Source of the DNA: Phoronis australis
Lineage: Eukaryota > Animalia > Phoronida
Reading direction: 5' to 3'
Length of the DNA: 64,000 nucleotides
Assembly (NCBI GenBank): GCA_002633005.1
Contig: NMRA01000308.1
Span: 310,001 to 374,000, forward strand
Part shown: positions 1 through 14,242 of the stretch, one piece after another
Layout of the letters: each line of letters starts with the position of its first letter
How positions within the stretch are numbered: position 1 is the first letter of the stretch
The notes under the pieces: generated by a model
Seen by the model: the letters and a program-made list of their open reading frames with translations, nothing else
What the model was told of the DNA's origin: nothing
Databases searched by the model: none
Made by a program: the position numbers and the translations under genes

Positions 1-1381
1 AGAAATCAAAGGTCCGAGAAAATGATACAAAAGTCCACTAAACAAGCACAAACGCGCAATTCACAGTGGTGCCACCGTTGTTTTTAGTACGCCGGTTTTT
101 GTTACCAAAACGTCCACAACGTCAGGAATTCGAGCCCCACCATATTGAAGGCTGGGTGCGCGCAGGCAAAGTTCAATTTTCAGATCCAGTCAGTCTAACG
201 CAAGTATATGCTTTTACTTAAAATCCCCTACAGGAAGGACAAGCAAGATGACTCAGGTCCTTTCGGATTGTGCAGTCAATACGTACTCACCCTCAATCCA
301 TGACACAAATCTTCTAACTCATGCAGAAGTGCAAATGCGGAAAAAAGAGCGCAAGGTGTCAAGTTACCAATTATTGGAAAATACGCTCAAATCTTATCAC
401 ATTACAGTCATACGGCCAGACATTGCCGGCCACATGACAAGGGTGTTATGTAACAGAAGAGTTTATCAAGGCGACTCCATCCATGCACGTCGGAGACCTG
501 CCAACGGGATTGGGAACAGATATGCAACGTGTGAACTGTAATTTCTGAACAGTGCTTGACAACCGCTTCCTTAAATACGGTACACTATTTAATTAATGTT
601 TAAAGGGATATCAAACCCTGTTTTGGCCTATTAATAGATATTAAAAACGACTTATCTATCCAATTCTTTGAAAAAATGCTCCGTAACCTCTCCCCGACAA
701 CCCTCAAAAGTTAGGAGGACGTTTTGAAAACTCTTTTCAAAGTCTGCTAAACAGGTAAGCGTGACTTACGCTTATAGTGAATTACACGGCAAGTGTGCGG
801 AAAGACCAACCACCAAGAACCATGATATCCAATCTCTGACATAAGGAGTATGGGTTTTTAATTGATTCCTGCTTATATCGAACCCCCCCACGAAAAAGGT
901 CCAGCCCTGGCCTTTCCGTTAAAGATATGATATAGATGGACAACAACAACATAACTGTTGCAGCTACTGGTACTGCTAAATACAATAATAGCTAAGCCAG
1001 TAATACTTTTGAATTTACTTCCCGTAATCATCGGGTCATACCCGGTCAACTTCGCCCGAATGGTGCTTGATGATAGGATTGTGCAGACGATTAGAAGAGG
1101 CTCTATGTTTTTCATAGGCATTGAACGCGCGTGGTGGCTACAACAAAATAGGGTAACAAGGGAGTCTAAAAGTAAATGTCTAAATGTCTTAAAATCGACT
1201 AAGAAACAAAATAGCAGAAAGCGGGCTTGTTATCTGCTGTTTTGATAGTGGCAGAATACGGTTAAGTGCAGACATTTTCTATTTTCCACTTTGGTTGTGG
1301 ATTGTTGGATGCCATGCATGTGTGTACAGGTGTGTGCGTTGACATTCTTTTAAATTCAGTACACGCCCGGATGATAATTAA

Positions 1382-4271
1382 AGGAGAATGCCACCCGATT
1401 TAATTAGCCTTTTTACCGTCTTAATCGGTCTATATCCACATCGCGTCTTATACGGTCGACCTCACCTTGCCGAGTGGTGTCGCGTTAACGTGTGAGGAAG
1501 GTGAGAAAACGACGCAGTGACGTCAGTAGTTCATCTTCAGAGTGAATGCCACTATATTGCGGTGCATCGTTCCCACTTGTCCGAACTATGAAGCTGCGAA
1601 GAAATTGGTTATATCATTTTTCGACTTCCTCGAGAGCCCGAAATGCTTAGGAAGTGGATCACTGTAGTGAAGAATGAAAAGAACGCTGTCAAGGGAGGTG
1701 TATATACTGGTCAAATCTCCAGGTTCCTATCTATAAGAAGTATGAAGGAGGTTGTAACTAGTTCGACATGACTCTGAAAGTGACAGAAATCGAAAGAAAA
1801 CGTTTTTATAATACTTCCTTCTTTTTAATATCGTATTTTTTAATTTTCAAAAAATCCAATTTTACCTCGAATTGTTTTTCAAAATGCACAGGGATTATCA
1901 TCAACTGTTTTCTTACGCAATATTCTACCTATCCATACCAAATATATGTAAAAAATCATTATGATCTTGATTTTTATGGCATTTTTTGCGTGTGAGTTGG
2001 GGCAAGCACGCCACTTTCTGTCTAATAACTAAAAATCTGGTCCATGTATCAAAAAACCCTGGCACGCGATTTTACTTCAGTTCTAGAGGATTTCAAATTT
2101 GCAAATTTCGTAAAAATTGACCCACGTGTTGCGGAAAAATAGGCCCAAGAATCTTGTCACTACGTAATTCTGAAATCAGGAGCCGAGAAAAACGGCTTTG
2201 AAGTTAAGTGGGCATCGAATGCCACTTGAGGTCAAAATTCGTTCAGAATGCGCGGTTATTGTGTTCCAATTTTTAGAAAATGAGTTATACTTGTTTGTTT
2301 ACAGCGTAATTTTAATCATTTTTGCGAACTTGTGAAGCACAACAGACGACCAAAACAAATATGGCTGTCACGTGGGCGGAGCTAAGCGTTGATCTATTGT
2401 CTGCTGTTCTGGTATGCCGACCACACGTCATTAAAACCTATGCGACTCATCTAAACTCTCCACTCAGTGTGGTAAAAGACTCTCTAACTATATTACAACA
2501 GAGACCTATTTGTTAGTATTCCAAAATTATATGTAGTCACCGTCTCTTCATCAAATCGCCGCGTTACTGTCTACATAACAATATTGACGACTAGGATAAA
2601 GAACAGGGCTTGGATGACCAATGGAATGACCAACAACAAAAAACGCGGAAAACTTTTACGGCCCAAAACATGCGCTACCCAGCCTTGAAATAATCGATGT
2701 GAACCTTTCGCCGACAAAAATCGGGAGGACTGAAAAAAAAAACGTTACCACCATCAGTAGCATGCGTCTGCGTCTTTGTACATCATCCGTCCACTGCCGC
2801 CCACACATATTTTTGGCTGCCGAGCCGTAGTATTTGTCGCCGCGGTTTACAATCACACGAGCCATTGAAAATTGACAGTTTACGTTCCTCCGAAACATAA
2901 AGAGCAACTTCCGCTTTTCGAGGTGAACGTCGTCGGCAACGCCACGGTAAGAAAGGAATTTGCCGCGAAAATTTTATATCAAATCCGATTTTTTTTACGC
3001 GGAAATATAATAAAATGCGCGAAAAGAACATTTGAAAAAAGCGGAAATCCGCGTTTCCGCGGAAAATTCCAAGCCTTGAAAGAACTACTTTCATCGTAAT
3101 GGTTCAACATTTTCACGTGCCTGTACCGCCAACGCCAACATTTCGACCGAATGGACTTTGGGATAAGAAAATTATAGCTCTTTCTGCGCAAATAGCGTCG
3201 CTTGGGTGAGATTCTCAAGTTATCAAAGTTTTTTATCTTGCTTTCCACTAAAATCGTATAATAATATCACGAGTTTTAATTCAGGGATACGTTTGAATCT
3301 ATGCACTAAAACAATTTTGTTATGTTGAACACTTGGTCATTTTCTCTAATTCTTTGGGTTACGGCCGGCGGTAAGTTAAAAAATCCACTGAGTTTGGCCG
3401 CCTAGTTTCTCCACGACGAGTTCCTAACACAGAAGCACGGTTATCTCCAAAAATTCTACTCTGACGACATGTAGTTGGCCATGTCTCGCGCGCGCGGCGT
3501 GTCTCCAAAGCGCTTGCGTGTACTCACATCGAATCGTGCAACACCACCCACGTCGACGCTCAGCGTCCTCTCGCAAGACACCTCGCCTTTCCGACTTCTC
3601 TTGCACAAGCACAATTTCTGCACTGACTACTCAAGCTGAGTGCAGTGATGGCTTCCGTAGGCCTTGGCGTACTCAACTTAATTTTTTTTGCCGATGGACA
3701 AACAGGCTCAGGCTCGGAACTGAAGTTCACCATCGCACCACCAACTTTCACATGGTCAAAAATAGAATCATTTTATTCTTGTTTTCGCTACAACATCTAT
3801 ATCAGCTGGTACAGCACTCTCGATTGCCCGGTTACGCAATGTTTGTTTACAGGATTAGCTTAGAGCTAGTGTCCTTGTATAAGCTCCGCCCCACTTGTCA
3901 GTCACTGAGCTGGGGCGCAGTCAAGCCATATGAAGCTTGGTCAAATATAATTAAAAAACAACTTTGGATTTTCAGAATGATTTTATTTTTCTTCACTATA
4001 CTGTGCAATCAAGAATTAAAGATTAGGACGACATAAAAATGTAAAAACAGTCAAAATTATTTTTTTGTATATCCACCTGCTTTAATAGCAAGTACGAGGT
4101 CGTGAAACATCTCCGTGTCTGTGGCCGGCATTTCGTCGACAGTGTTTATTGGTTAATTTCAACACCTCCGCCGTTAGGTGTCTGGTAAAACAGCTGAACT
4201 AGCTGTTATCGAGTGGAACTACTCGATCTAAAGTGATACAAAATAGTTTGTATTTGGAGTGGCATTCTCAT
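1382..4271 (+). mobile_element. Kolobok-like non-autonomous DNA transposon (TTAA TSD, decayed THAP domain), copy 1
   Basis: TTAA|AGGAGAATGCCAC at 1378-1394 and GTGGCATTCTCAT|TTAA at 4259-4275. About 1555-1680 encodes a frameshifted THAP-like RCIVPTCPN...ISFF/RLPREPEMLRKWITVVK. Both ends are homologous to the element at 16323-22315. Confidence 0.65.
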
Positions 4272-7200
4272 TTAAGTTCATCATAGGCAGTCCTCCGTCG
4301 TCGCTCAAAAATCAGACATTTAACCAAGGAGTGTAATACAATACATTCCTTGATTTAACTACACATGGGCGGCGCACCATAGGGTGTTGGGGGGATACTA
4401 TAACCTCCACTTTTTTCAGTACTGCGCCGCCCATGAACTACCGTATTTTCTTGCACAAAGAAAACCCCGACGAGCATGTTCATATTATAAGGGAAAAGTA
4501 GGTCTAGACCTATTAAAAACTTTGGTCAATCCAATGCAGTGCCAATGGCGCACAGCCTCGAAGGCGGCGATCAACAAACCTGATGGAAGACTCAGATTTC
4601 CAAGGTTACATGTCATTATTCCGAAGGTTCGCTACTCCATGCTAATGTTAAAAGAGTGAGCAAAAGTTGAATAGTTCTTAAAACTTTGATTACATTGTTT
4701 ACAAATGAGCTAAGTTCCAATCACTGCCAATCGTGAATCTTGAACCTAACTAACGACTCATTCAGTCTCAAGCAGGGACAGCATCGGGTCAGGACTTTGA
4801 TGTATCGTGGTTGATAATTCACCAATATTCCTACTTCATATTCTTTTAAAAATTCAAGTACGTACTCATTTTCCGTAATCGAAAGGCATGCAGGCAATTT
4901 CGCATGCGCATGAAATCCAGGCGTTGTTTGCATGAGCATAGGTACACTACCTACTGCATCTAATAACCGAAGTGTCGTTTATCTTTTGCAGGGGAGTAAA
5001 TGTATATTTGATACACCCAAGTCCGAAATTTTAGATATTTTCGGAGTAGTGTAAACCTTCAGAATTGTGAACTTTCAGAGTACTGAACCTTTGGAATAGT
5101 TCTCATTTCCGCTGTCGTGAACACATCCACTACCACAAGAAACTATAGAACACCGCATTTAATCCACCTTCACTCTTAGGCTTCTATTGTGAGTCAGCAT
5201 GTGTGAATAATTGGCTGATAAGCCACCTAAGGAACTACTTTTGGCTGAATGGATGACCAGGCCATAAAAAGATAATTAGCCAAGATCGGTTAAATAATGC
5301 TGCATGGAATAGTTAATACCTTCGGAGGCACTGAACAGTTCTCATAGGGATTTGCCTATCAGAACACACGTCAATGGACTCTTCACCCTTTCTTCACACT
5401 GTAAAAAACTGCATGCAAATAAAGAAAAGTTTTGAGTCATTTCACATCACAAGCCTTACAGATGAGCACAGAAACTTTGTACTCTCTTGTATTTTTGACT
5501 CTTTTGCTCCCAGTGGAAACCAAGCTGAACTAAGAAAAATAAGGGCAAAAATGCAAAATCGGCACTTTTCACCCTAAATTCACTACTTTCCTGCCGATGC
5601 CAACATTAGATTGCAAAAGCAAATTTCCTACCAATTCCAAAATTGTGGTACAAAAGTACTGTCAACCAACTATTTTTTTTCAAATCTGGCTTGTTTGAGG
5701 GCTACCTGAAATCGCGGCCAATTTCTCAGTTGCTACACAGCAATGCACAATTGCAACAGGGGGCCACCATCTTGAAGAAGAGTGCAGCTACAGCCGAGAA
5801 AGTGGCCTTTTTCATTCTCAGCATGTTCGCAAATACAAACACTACGAAACCACATTCACTGAGCCTAATGCAATGCCCACCTACAAAATTCCCCCAAACT
5901 TGGCAAATTGGCCGCGGCCACAGCCTAACTATTCAGTGCCACCTTCATGGCAATTTTGAAAGAGTGGGCATCTTCTGCTAGTCTTTCGCCGAAAGTGTTT
6001 TAAATAACTTGGTTTACCAACCTCTGATTTTCTGGATTATGCAAACATTAAAATTCAAATTTGCAACGTTTTCATTTCCGCCATCATTATGCTATGGAAG
6101 CAAGAAAAAATTGGCAACAATCCGTACAAGCAACAAAGAATATGTCGTAGCATCACCTACCCTTGGTGGAAAGCGCTTAGAAAAATTCATTTCACGGGGA
6201 GGGGACGCTTATTGTAGCCTATGGCAGTTGAAACCCGGTTTCCGAAACGGGTAAAATCGGAAGCTAGGAATTATGAAATTTACGCTTTGTCACGTATTTG
6301 TAGCCTATGACAGTCTTTCTACAAAATTATGGTGCATTGCTATCAAACTCCGTTGTTAAATTACGATCATTTTTCAAAAAATTGTGCTGAAATCCCAGAG
6401 CGAATACTTGCCGACTGATACGTCGCTGAATCGCGATCGTCGATAGGAAAATTTGAATTCTTGAATAAAAATACAGTTTCGACTCAACAAATTACCCGAG
6501 ATCTTCCTTATGTTTTACAATTTTTCAAGTTAATGTGGAGTCCAGATTAATTGCGATTAAGTCCAAATCTGCGCTACATCGTACTCCACAACACGAGAAA
6601 AATCTCTGGATGAACACACACGTTGTTGTCACGTGACGTTTGTTGTGAAGTTCGTTTGCGTTTGAGAGTGAGTGAGTGAGCTCGTGCGGGACATCGACGA
6701 CAGACTTTTGTTACAAAAGGCGGAGGATTATGCAAGAATTAGATTGTTTTTCACTTAAACGACTCAGTGCAACGTGCAAGCCAAGGTGGATAAATACGGT
6801 CTAGTTCAATCGGCCAAACCCCACAGTTTTCCCTGATCAGTGGGGTTGTGACGTCAACTCGTTTAGTGGGAATGTTCATGGCATGAGCGAAGTAAGCAAG
6901 TTAAGTTACACGCAAAATACAACCAGATCAAAATATACAAGTCGATCATTTTCCGATTAAGTAGTTCCGTCCGAGTATGTAATGAGGTGTAACCTCCCAG
7001 TTGAGGACGCCCGGTTTGAAAGTTTGGCAGGGCCGGGCCAGATAACACGGGAACGTTCTCTTTCTGGACCACATTACATTTGTGTATTTGGGTCCCGTTC
7101 TTTGTGAGAAATCGTGAGGGCATCCTCATTTCTGGTATTATGAATTCCGTCTGATCTTGGGAACATAGAGCTGAGACTCGCCGTTGTGTATACAGATTTT

Positions 7201-8706
7201 CCTCCCTCCTAGTTGAGGTGCGTACGTCAAGGGCCTCAACGAAAACTTTACAGTGTCGACGCTTGCAAAATATCAATGGTCCACAACACTAGAAATTCGA
7301 ACCACCCCCGCGCAATGCTGGCTACGGGCCTGCTGGTATTTCACTGTAGTAATTATCAAGACAATTAGGTTCGACATAACTTGAAGTTAAAATTAATCAG
7401 GTTACACCTCTACGTGGGTGGTCGATCTTTGCGTACTTCTATCTAATGCATGGTATCAACAACAGTAGATCTGAGGCTCGTTCCAAGAAAACTGACTTAG
7501 CTATAAGAGAGTCAATTAAGATTAAAAACTCTCACAAGTCCTTCTCAGTTAAGGGATCATTAGTTTGACTAAAGTTTTTGACCTAAATTTTGTCTTAATT
7601 TTGACTAACTTGCCGGATGTGAAAGTTTCAATGTTAGGAAGTTGACACAAACCTTAAACTTAAGTAAAAATGAACTTAAGTCGGTCATGAAATCCGTGAT
7701 ATTCATGATACATATATTGCTTAGTATATTAGTTTGATAGTGTTATTACTTATTGATATTATTTCTTTGCTAGCCAATTGTTTGTGTTTATAGAAACTTG
7801 TTTTGGCTGTTAGCTGAGTCAGCGACCAACCCATCCGGTGCATCCACACATGTTTTATGATCTCTGTAGTAAACAAGATTGCATAATGGTCATTCACAGA
7901 AACATTGCCTAAAGACAGCTGACCATTACCATATATGGCAAACACGACAGAGTAGTTCAGATGATTGTTGTGAAAGTTTTTAGAGTTGCTTCCTGTTATT
8001 TTCCTGTAGAATATTGAATCATAAAGTTTGGTGCATGCAACCCACATATTTGTGACTTGTATATAAATCCGTTCACTTGTCTAATATAGACAGTCCTCAT
8101 CTTGCTACTGCCAGTTGCTTTACTAGTGGAATTTAGTGTTCCACACTTAGTTACTGAATACAACCATCTCACTGACGGACCGAGACTGTCCACAACACAA
8201 CACAACGCTGCTACTAAGTCGAGTTATTCTCCACTATTCTGCTACAAAGTCAGTTTCTTGGAACGGCCCCTGGGTAATACTACCAAATGTCATCTTCATA
8301 ACGAGGTCAATTGCGTAACGCTCTAACTCAAATACCCGGTAGTTCATGATCACGGTTAGCTCTGTCTGAAAACTTATGCTGTCTTGCACTGTCTCTTGTT
8401 TGTCGTAACCCGCTGAAAATGGTAATTTTTATGCAAAGTGTCTGCCAACGATAATATTTCTCAAAAGATCATTATTCGGATTTATAGTGGATAGACACCA
8501 GCCTAGTCCAATCTCTAATTTTCTCGACTAACATGGCATAATCATGACTATTTGTTAATGTTTCTTTTGCAATTACTATATTCTGTATGATATATTTTAT
8601 CTTATTTCTACTCATATATTTTCTAGTACCTCGATATGTGGTCGAAGATGTTATTTACATGAATTCTAACTCTTGCAAAAGAGTAGAAAACAAAAACATT
8701 GTCGCC

Positions 8707-8779
8707 TGCCCCGAGTGAGGATCGAACTCACGACCTTGAGATTATGAGACTCACGCGCTGCCGACTGCGCCATCGAGGC
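8707..8779 (-). tRNA. trnM-CAT: tRNA-Met (CAT), elongator type
   Basis: Minus strand GCCTCGATGGCGCAGTCGGCAGCGCGTGAGTCTCATAATCTCAAGGTCGTGAGTTCGATCCTCACTCGGGGCA is 73 nt and folds as a cloverleaf. It has a CAT anticodon, A and B boxes, and a T5 Pol III terminator about 10 nt downstream. Confidence 0.96.
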
Positions 8780-10400
8780 GACCCTGCCGTAATAGGGTTA
8801 TTTAGGTCAGGTGATTAATGAGGCTCAGGACACCGCCATGAGTGCTGACATCTTGTGGATGAGATGAGCTTTCACGCCTGAATGACTCATTGACGCAAAA
8901 GGCATGATGGTGTCATTTGTATCCCCCAAACCCGGCTATATAGCATTTCAATCAAATGAATGCATTGGCGTTGAAGAACATATATGTTGAATACCGTTTT
9001 ACTCCGTTTCAATGCTGATCCGGATTTTCTCTCACAGTATCAGACAGGGCCGACTCGGACTGAGCCAAGTGCTGCCGGACACAATTGTTATTTTCAATTT
9101 CATTTTTGTTCCTGGTGCAAGAGAAAAAAAGCGTCCTTTCTGGTATTGTGAAAGGGATTGGTAGTCATAAGGGCCTTCAACTCGATCGCGAAAAGTCATT
9201 GACTGGCGCTGCCTGCCGGCCGCCGGGCCCGCGCCAAAGAGAGATACACCGGCCGACCGTCCGGCCTTACAGTAACCTGTTCAATCCAGTTTTCCTACGA
9301 GTTCATGCTGTATCTAAGCCTCGTCTAAGCATATTTTATGCTAAAAACAATTTTTACTTGTTTTATCATTATCCTTATCAATTGATCCCAAGCGTACCTG
9401 AAAAGACCGCGTAGGCCAGGTCTACGTAGGTCTCTGGCAAATGTTAGTCCGAATTATGTAATGTTGCGCACTTATTGCTTGTGGCGAAAATGAACACACT
9501 TAAATACTTTTCTGTTGATTTTTATTTAATTACATCTAGAAAATGTGCGAAAAATGCTATCAAACCGTATTTCGCACGTCTTTCATTGCCAAATATAAGG
9601 GAGTCGGGTGTACTACAAGCCACCGTCTCAACAACAATAACTTAGCACTGTGCAAAGTGTTACGGTTCATTGTATACAGATTTATTTTTGACCAAATTTC
9701 TTCATTGTTTTTTTACCTATTTCCAAGCTTAAGCAGACCTCGCCCAATGCTTTCACTTGGAATATTTTTTTTCACTTTTCAAAAATATGTGTATTTTGAA
9801 GCTATTTAATCGATTTAAATATGAATAATAATTATGCTTTTGGGCAGTTTAGCTCTCACTAAAATGAAAAATGGTGTACATTAAGTTTCATGACAGTATT
9901 GTGAACTAAATGGGGGAGTGATGGAATGGAATTTATCATCTTTTTAAAACTCTAATGAATAAAAACGACTGATTTTGCTTGATGACTAGTAAAATCATAG
10001 CAATATAAAATCTAAATCTAACAACACAAAACCAGTCAGTAACGAAGGTTTTACATAGTGGTTTCCTCTTTTTCAACGGCGTCGCTTTACTTTCCTAAAT
10101 ACATTCCTTTATTAAGATATCTGTATCTTTGGAGTTCCTCGACAGATTTTTATGGAATTCGGCAAATAGGTTTCTCTTAATGAGCAATGACACCTTTTTG
10201 TTTTCGAATGGATTTGACGTTTTTCCTCATTTCGATTCCGCCTCTCTATTCTGAAAATTGGCATATATGCTGATGATGTCAGCAGTCACGTGACTTTATA
10301 ACTTCGTTTTCAATTCTTTCCGGTTAAGCGACGTCTTCCAGTTACACGCATGACCTTGACCTTAGATCGAGATCTCTCTCTTTAACAGATCCAAGAAAAT

Positions 10401-10555
10401 CTATTACGTAATGATTTGGACGTCATTGTCACTTGAGTCCGGTAGGCGGATGATGTCACTCTCGGTTGCACCCATCACACGTGACTTTTGATCTTTAATT
10501 TTTTATCTATGACCTTTGACCGAAACAGGTCGTCAAAACAACTTACTATGCTACT
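10401..10555 (-). mobile_element. Solo Polinton-like terminal inverted repeat
   Basis: Homologous to 55301-55460 (ctattacgtaatga...cggatgatgtc...tatgacctttgacc...aaacaacttactat.ctact). It ends in the reverse complement of AGTAGCATAGTAAG. Confidence 0.7.
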
Positions 10556-11346
10556 GCTGATATTGAACGTTTTTAATGGTAATGTTTTCGGCGACGTCCC
10601 AGCAGTTTCCCTGACGCTCGTTGAATGCGAGCGAGGACTGAGGCTTGAAAAACTGCATGCCAAAAGATGGTCTACTAGTCTAGTTGAGCTGTCTAATTAA
10701 GACAAAGTCTTGCTGCTATGAAATAAAACATTTTTACAGTAGATGCTGAAGATGTGTCCCATCAACGTCACTCAATGAGTTTTTCCAAATTGTAAAACGG
10801 CTCTATGGAATAATTCCGTAGTAGAGCGGAGCTAAATTGACACACATAAAAAACCATTGCGCTGACAAGTAGCGTTGAACAATCTGTTACGCCTGTTCCA
10901 AATAGAACTGTACACCTTTATGTTAAAGGCGAAGGCAACCTTTTTCCATGTCATTTTGAGCTAAAATAAGGTTGGTTGGTTATCCTAGACATATTTTTCA
11001 CTTAATTACAGCTTTACGTAACTTTATTAATTATTCGTCCGCTTTTCCGGAAGTGACGTTTTAGGAGGCAAGCGCTTCCCGCCACTTGGTTTTGCGTTGA
11101 GCTTACTGTGCGAATCTGTTCTATTCTACTTTTGTTTTGTGCTATTTTTCACCAATTGTCGCCACCACTTTCCATCGGCGAGTATTCTGCGGCAAGATAG
11201 GTTAGTAGAGAACTCAACTGCGTTGGATTTAGGGATTGTTTAGTGTGTTGTAAGCTGAAAATGGCTGGAGTCGGTGACCCGTATCACAGTGACAGTAGTG
11301 TGAGTGACGGAGACCTTGTTCACAGCAGTGGTGACGAGGAATTTTN

Positions 11347-11382
<36 letters not shown>

Positions 11383-11420
11383 CTACTACTGCTACTATAC
11401 TGCTACCACCTACTCGTACT
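11347..11420. repeat. (CTG)n / (CTA)n microsatellite next to a single N
   Basis: About 11 CTG units followed by degenerate CTA units; N at 11346. Confidence 0.9.
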
Positions 11421-12594
11421 GTAGTGCATAAAATAGTTCTCCGAATTCCGGATGGCTAGGATGAGATCGATTACTGATGTGGTGTACGTTCTGTCCAACT
11501 CCCCACGAAGCACATTGATCTGGGAGCGGAGATGGCCGCGTTAACAGGGTCACTCCAAAATCGATGTCGGTTCATTTCATGTTTATTGATGAAAACATTG
11601 TGCTTTTCAATGAGTGTCTGAGAATTAAGAACATTTGTTTACTATTAGTTGTAATTGTAAATTAATCAGGCTGAACAAAGTAGAATGACCACAGTGAATA
11701 AAGAGTGTAATTGTCTAGAAATTGTTGGCATATTTGTGATACTTAGCGGTTCAGCCACTGCTGTTGTTTGTTGATATGCACCCGCGGACATTTGCCACTA
11801 AAACGGAATGCTTAAGGTTGTGGATTTCGTATGGCTGGGTGACGAGACCCCTTCGTTCTAAAGGTCTTCGTATTTCAGGTAAGTACATGAGAACAGTCTT
11901 CCACACTTTAATATTCTATTACGACGGAAGAGCTTTGATTATCAGCGGAAAATTATTAAGATGTACATTTTCAGAACAAGGTGACCTACGTAGGTAAGAC
12001 CGAATAATTCACTTATTGCATTTATGTTACGTGACTCGGGAAGTCCTCATACTATTGTTGCAACGCTCTTGTGAATAAGCTGTCGAAAGTAATACATATC
12101 GATCAATGGCGTGACAGGATAGATCATAAACATTGCCTACGAAAAATGAAAACATCAATGCATGAAGTTGGTGCTGCAGTTGAAAAGTCCCGAGACGCCG
12201 AAAAGAGACGTCCATGAACGATTGTAACTTGGACTAATTTTAGGTTAGAACACATCATAAAATGGCTATGCGTTGTAAAATTAAACCAAGATAAGTAGAT
12301 AATCGCGTGTTAATTCATATACACAAAGAAACGATGATAGCAACATCATTTCATCTATATTATATTACTCTAGTTTTCTTGTTATTTTAGGAAGTACAAT
12401 TCTCAAATTAATTGAAGGAGCCGAAGTAAACTAGAAGGTCGACTTTCGTTCTCGCAGCTCTATTGATAACGTATTGAGCTACATCTAAGGTACAGCATTT
12501 CTGAGTTTGGAATTCTAAAGGTTCATTTTGGTGCCAACTGACGTCAAGATCAATCCGTCGTCTTAGGAGTAATTCCAGGAACAGTGACATAATC

Positions 12595-12834
12595 ATGTCA
12601 TTTGAGAAGAAATGTCACCCATTCTGTGCCTGTCGAAAGACCCTGCGTCTCATGGCAACGGCGGGTCTGGTTACAAACCTTTGTCTTCCTTTGTGTGGTC
12701 TTGGGGGCCTGTTATCTGACTCTACCGCCGTGTTGTTCATTGTTGCCACTTTATGCACATCGTTGTGTTCCATTATATTCTGGACCTTCTGTCGGCGCAT
12801 TTCATATACATGGAAACCAACAAGGGCAAGAGAG
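12595..12834 (+). CDS. Four-TM membrane protein with PPxY tail, coding exon 1 (TM1-2)
   Basis: ATG at 12595 within an exon opened by ttattttag|12391. Encodes two hydrophobic segments and ends at a phase-0 donor GAG|gtaagc. Confidence 0.75.
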
Positions 12835-13427
12835 GTAAGCGATGTGTTACGGAGTCAGTAGCTCTATTTGCACTTAACTATAGCACCTCGATATGTTATA
12901 CTAGAATGAATTGTTTTCCGAAAATTTGTATGAGACAACAATGCTTTTAAATTAACTATGTCTTCGTATTGTAAATTAACGTGTTGGCTAAGTTAGGATG
13001 AAATCACACTTTGCAGACGCTCGTTTGTTTATTACATCGGTGTTTCAAAACGATTGGCACAAACAAAACGTTAACGAAGGTGATATGCGTACAAAAGGGA
13101 TGTTGTTTGCTTTCGCTTCAATTATATTTTGTTTTGTTTACTATTTTGTTTCATTTCAACCACCTCGTGTGTTAAGTATGTAGGAAAAACGCTAAATTCT
13201 TGCAGTGGAATTCAAACGTCGGTGATCATGCCACACGCGTTAGATAATTAAATTCAGAATTGTTATTTCCACTAACACTTTGAAATCACCGGCATTTGAT
13301 TGCAAATGTTTTATATTTTTGTGGGGACACCGACTTAAATGTCCGAGATAATGGTTAGAGAATGCAGGATACGCGGCTTTTGGGATTTTTGTGCTTGCGT
13401 CAAAGATTATGATTCAGTAACTTCCAG

Positions 13428-13546
13428 GTACCTGTCGGACTGACTCGTGTCACCATGGTCTGCTTTATGCTAATTGTGTTGTTGTCTGGAATTACCTGCC
13501 AAATAAGTTCAACAGTCAGACTCATTACCCCTTGCAGCCCGTCAAG
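13428..13546 (+). CDS. Four-TM membrane protein, coding exon 2 (TM3)
   Basis: cttccag|GTACCT...TCAAG|gtaagt. 119 nt, phase 0 in and phase 2 out. Encodes VPVGLTRVTMVCFMLIVLLSGITCQISSTVRLITPCSPS. Confidence 0.75.
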
Positions 13547-14242
13547 GTAAGTCAAGCTCATGTTTATTCGAAGTCAACAACACGTTACGAAGATGCAGTT
13601 TCGCGCCATTAATTGTTTAAGGGGGTTCCACGCAGTTTTAATTTGCCGTTGATTTTTTAATGTTCATACTTTGTATCTTGGATTTGCATACTATAAATCT
13701 TAAAAATGGTGAGGTCACCTAATTAGATTTTCCGTTACCGTCGCCTAAACAAATCACTCTTGGTAAAAATGCGAAATTCCTATGGCTTACTGAAAAGCCA
13801 TCGGTTTTTAAATTATAGTTAGAATCCATTTGCAATGGATTAATTTCGTTGCACTATGTCAGTTCTGTGTATGAAAATTATATTTCTCGATTTACTGATG
13901 ATCTTATGTCGTCATTAGTTGAAGTTGCGGGTAATGTTAAAGTCTGTACAGGGGCGATTTTTGTTCAAAACATTCCCACGCTCACCAGATCTTGAATTGT
14001 TGCCGCTGAGTGAGCCTTCGACCTCGTGAAAATACTTACTCAGCACAGAATCTACAAATTGACACTAATTAATTTCAAAAAGTGGTCTTTAGTCAAAAAG
14101 CTTATTACTTTGACATAGAAAATCGCGGAGGCTGGGTGGATTTCGGATTTGAATTTACTCAAGTCGGTTACCTAAATATGAGAGTGTGTACAGCTTTGCA
14201 CCAGAGCAGTTTTGAATGTTGAGTCATCGGTGATTTTTTCAG

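Noticed and set aside
248-8330. Numerous 60-170 aa ORFs
   Set aside because: No recognisable domains or consistent splice structure; many lie within repeats and use non-ATG starts.
11243-11431. Poly-Cys ORF
   Set aside because: Translation of a (CTG)n microsatellite across an N, so the contig join is unreliable.
12602-12838. Alternative reading frame for exon 1 of the four-TM gene
   Set aside because: It has a non-ATG start and its phase does not join the 13428 exon in the open TM-encoding frame; the 12595 frame does.
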